From the NCBI GenBank assembly GCA_017461865.1, contig JAFTVQ010000085.1, forward strand, positions 6,537-70,536: a stretch of DNA of 64,000 nt, in the 5' to 3' direction. A program made the position numbers and the translations under genes. The notes under the pieces are model-generated. The model did not search any database. It was given only the letters and a program-made list of their open reading frames with translations, and was not told the origin of the DNA. The stretch comes from Lachnospiraceae bacterium. GTDB taxonomy: Bacteria; Bacillota; Clostridia; Lachnospirales; Lachnospiraceae. Shown here piece after piece: positions 62,738 to 64,000 of the stretch; the stretch's first letter is position 1, and each line of letters starts with the position of its first letter.

Positions 62738-63511
62738 CTAACGACGGATCTGATCGATCTCCTCATAGAGAACTTCATTGAGCACCTTGATATAGGTACC
62801 TTTCATTCCGGAGGATCGCGATTCAATCACACCGGCGCTTTCAAACTTACGGATGGCATTGACAATCACCGAACGGGTAATTCCGATCCTGTCTGCAATC
62901 TTGCTGGCTACAAGAATTCCTTCCATTCCGCCGAGCTCATCAAAAATATGTACAATTGCTTCCATCTCCGACTGGGACAGTGTACTGATTGCAGATTTCA
63001 CAACCGCTCTCTTACGCACTTCCTCCGCACTCTCCTCATTGACCGAACGGAGCATTTCAAGCCCAACGACTGTCGTACCGTACTCGCATAATATAATATC
63101 GTCAATTTCGTACTGTTTATCAAGCTTATAAATGAATAAAGTTCCCAATCTTTCGCCGGCAATGTCAATCGGGGAAATCAGAGCCTTATAATCTTCCACT
63201 CCCTGCTTCTCAAATCCGAGCGTCTGAAGATTCACATTTTCCTTCGTGGAAAGGACACTGAGAAATCTCTCGTTGAGCTCACCGTCCACAAACGTACCGA
63301 CCTTACTTTCAAACAACTCTTCCAGCACATGAACGGCATCCCTGTTTCCGACACCGAGAACCTTTCCCTTCCTGCTGATAACAAGAACGTTGGACTGCAA
63401 AATCTCTTTCAACACATTGCAAATATCATTAAAAACCACTTTGCTGGAATTATTATTATGAAGTAACTTTCCGATCTTTCTCGTTTTATCTAATAACTGT
63501 ACGCTGCTCAT
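62738..63511 (-). CDS. codY: GTP/BCAA-sensing pleiotropic transcriptional repressor CodY
   Basis: LLDKTRKIGKLL N-terminus, GAF-like domain, C-terminal wHTH (ASKIADRIGITRSVIVNAIRKFESAGVIESRSSGMKGTYIKV). Start ATG 63511 preferred over ATG 63523. Confidence 0.93.
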   Translation of the reverse strand: MSSVQLLDKTRKIGKLLHNNNSSKVVFNDICNVLKEILQSNVLVISRKGKVLGVGNRDAVHVLEELFESKVGTFVDGELNERFLSVLSTKENVNLQTLGFEKQGVEDYKALISPIDIAGERLGTLFIYKLDKQYEIDDIILCEYGTTVVGLEMLRSVNEESAEEVRKRAVVKSAISTLSQSEMEAIVHIFDELGGMEGILVASKIADRIGITRSVIVNAIRKFESAGVIESRSSGMKGTYIKVLNEVLYEEIDQIRR

Positions 63512-63550
63512 GTCCCTCTCCATCTTTCAGAACCGACGGGTTACACAAAT

Positions 63551-63579
63551 ATCGTACCACAATAAAACGAATTTTTCAA
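63551..63579 (-). promoter_or_regulatory. Predicted sigma-A promoter of codY
   Basis: Minus strand reads TTGAAA (63574..63579), 17 nt, TGg TACGAT (-10 at 63551..63556), an extended -10. Confidence 0.45.
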
Positions 63580-63609
63580 TATATTCGTACAATTAAATAA
63601 ATATTCTAA

Positions 63610-64000
63610 CTATTTATTTTCCTGCTTTTTGGCCTCCACATGGGAACATCCTTCCTTGGAGCAGACAAGCTTACTTCCCTTTTCAAGAAGTGCCTCCCCA
63701 CAGACCGGACACAGCTGTCCGCTCGGCTTCTGCCATACCATGAAATCACATTCCGGACCGTTTTCACAGCTGTAATATCTTCTTCCCTTTTTCGTTTTGC
63801 GGATTACCACTTCTTTTCCGCACTTCGGGCAGGCCACACCGATCTTTTCAAGATAAGGTTTGGTGTTCCGGCAATCCGGGAATCCCGGGCATGCAAGGAA
63901 CTTTCCGTGCGGACCGTACTTGATGACCATCTGTTTTCCGCACAGATCACAAACTTCATCCGATACTTCATCGGCGATCTCTATAGACTCCAGCTCCTTT
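63610..64000 (-). CDS. topA: DNA topoisomerase I, C-terminal zinc-ribbon region only (gene continues beyond the right edge)
   Basis: Repeated Cys4 zinc-ribbon motifs (CDLCGK..., CPGFPDC, CPKCGKEVVIRKTKKGRRYYSC, CPVCGE...CSKEGC). The reading frame stays open to position 64000. Confidence 0.85.
   Translation of the reverse strand, partial: KELESIEIADEVSDEVCDLCGKQMVIKYGPHGKFLACPGFPDCRNTKPYLEKIGVACPKCGKEVVIRKTKKGRRYYSCENGPECDFMVWQKPSGQLCPVCGEALLEKGSKLVCSKEGCSHVEAKKQENK

Overview
This 64-kb window comes from a Bacillota chromosome. It looks Clostridia-type and possibly Lachnospiraceae-like, judged by eye from gene content, GGAGG-type RBSs and moderate GC. Every feature I can support lies on the minus strand: about 66 CDS and 1 tRNA. 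All plus-strand ORFs in the track look like antisense shadows.

In transcription order (high to low coordinates) the window contains:
- the topA 3' end and codY
- a complete fla/che flagellum-chemotaxis super-operon: flgB-flgC-fliE-fliF-fliG-fliH-fliI-fliJ-ylxF-like-fliK-flgD-TIGR02530-flgE | motA-motB-fliL-fliM-fliY-cheY-fliO-fliP-fliQ-fliR-flhB-flhA-flhF-flhG-PilZ-cheB-cheA-cheW-cheC-cheD-small TM gene-sigD
- four uncharacterised post-sigD genes: FapA/DUF342, a 107-aa protein, a membrane-anchored coiled-coil/HTH protein, and a TM + YceG-like protein
- rpsB-tsf
- a GGDEF cyclase, a membrane polysaccharide deacetylase and an acidic bactofilin
- pyrH-frr-uppS-cdsA-dxr-rseP-ispG-polC
- tRNA-Glu(CUC), a 142-aa orphan and a 1365-aa RND permease
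- rimP-nusA-ylxR-ylxQ-infB-rbfA-nrnA-like-truB (5' end only)

The backbone is colinear with the Bacillus subtilis topA...truB region as I remember it, so the non-colinear insertions stand out as the accessory content. I saw no mobile element, CRISPR array, integrase or recognisable defence system, and no self-evident novel multi-gene system.

The most unusual objects are:
1. an RND permease with a ~330-residue coiled-coil insertion in extracytoplasmic loop 1 and no adaptor partner
2. the four-gene module that replaces swrB downstream of sigD
3. the deacetylase + polyacidic bactofilin + GGDEF insertion, together with a PilZ gene embedded in fla/che
4. several cis elements: a terminator-like palindrome in the rimP-nusA leader, phased TTGTGGWTT repeats upstream of flgB, and duplicated terminators bracketing rpsB-tsf

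All calls rest on reading translated motifs and sequence by eye. No database search, folding energy or statistics were run.
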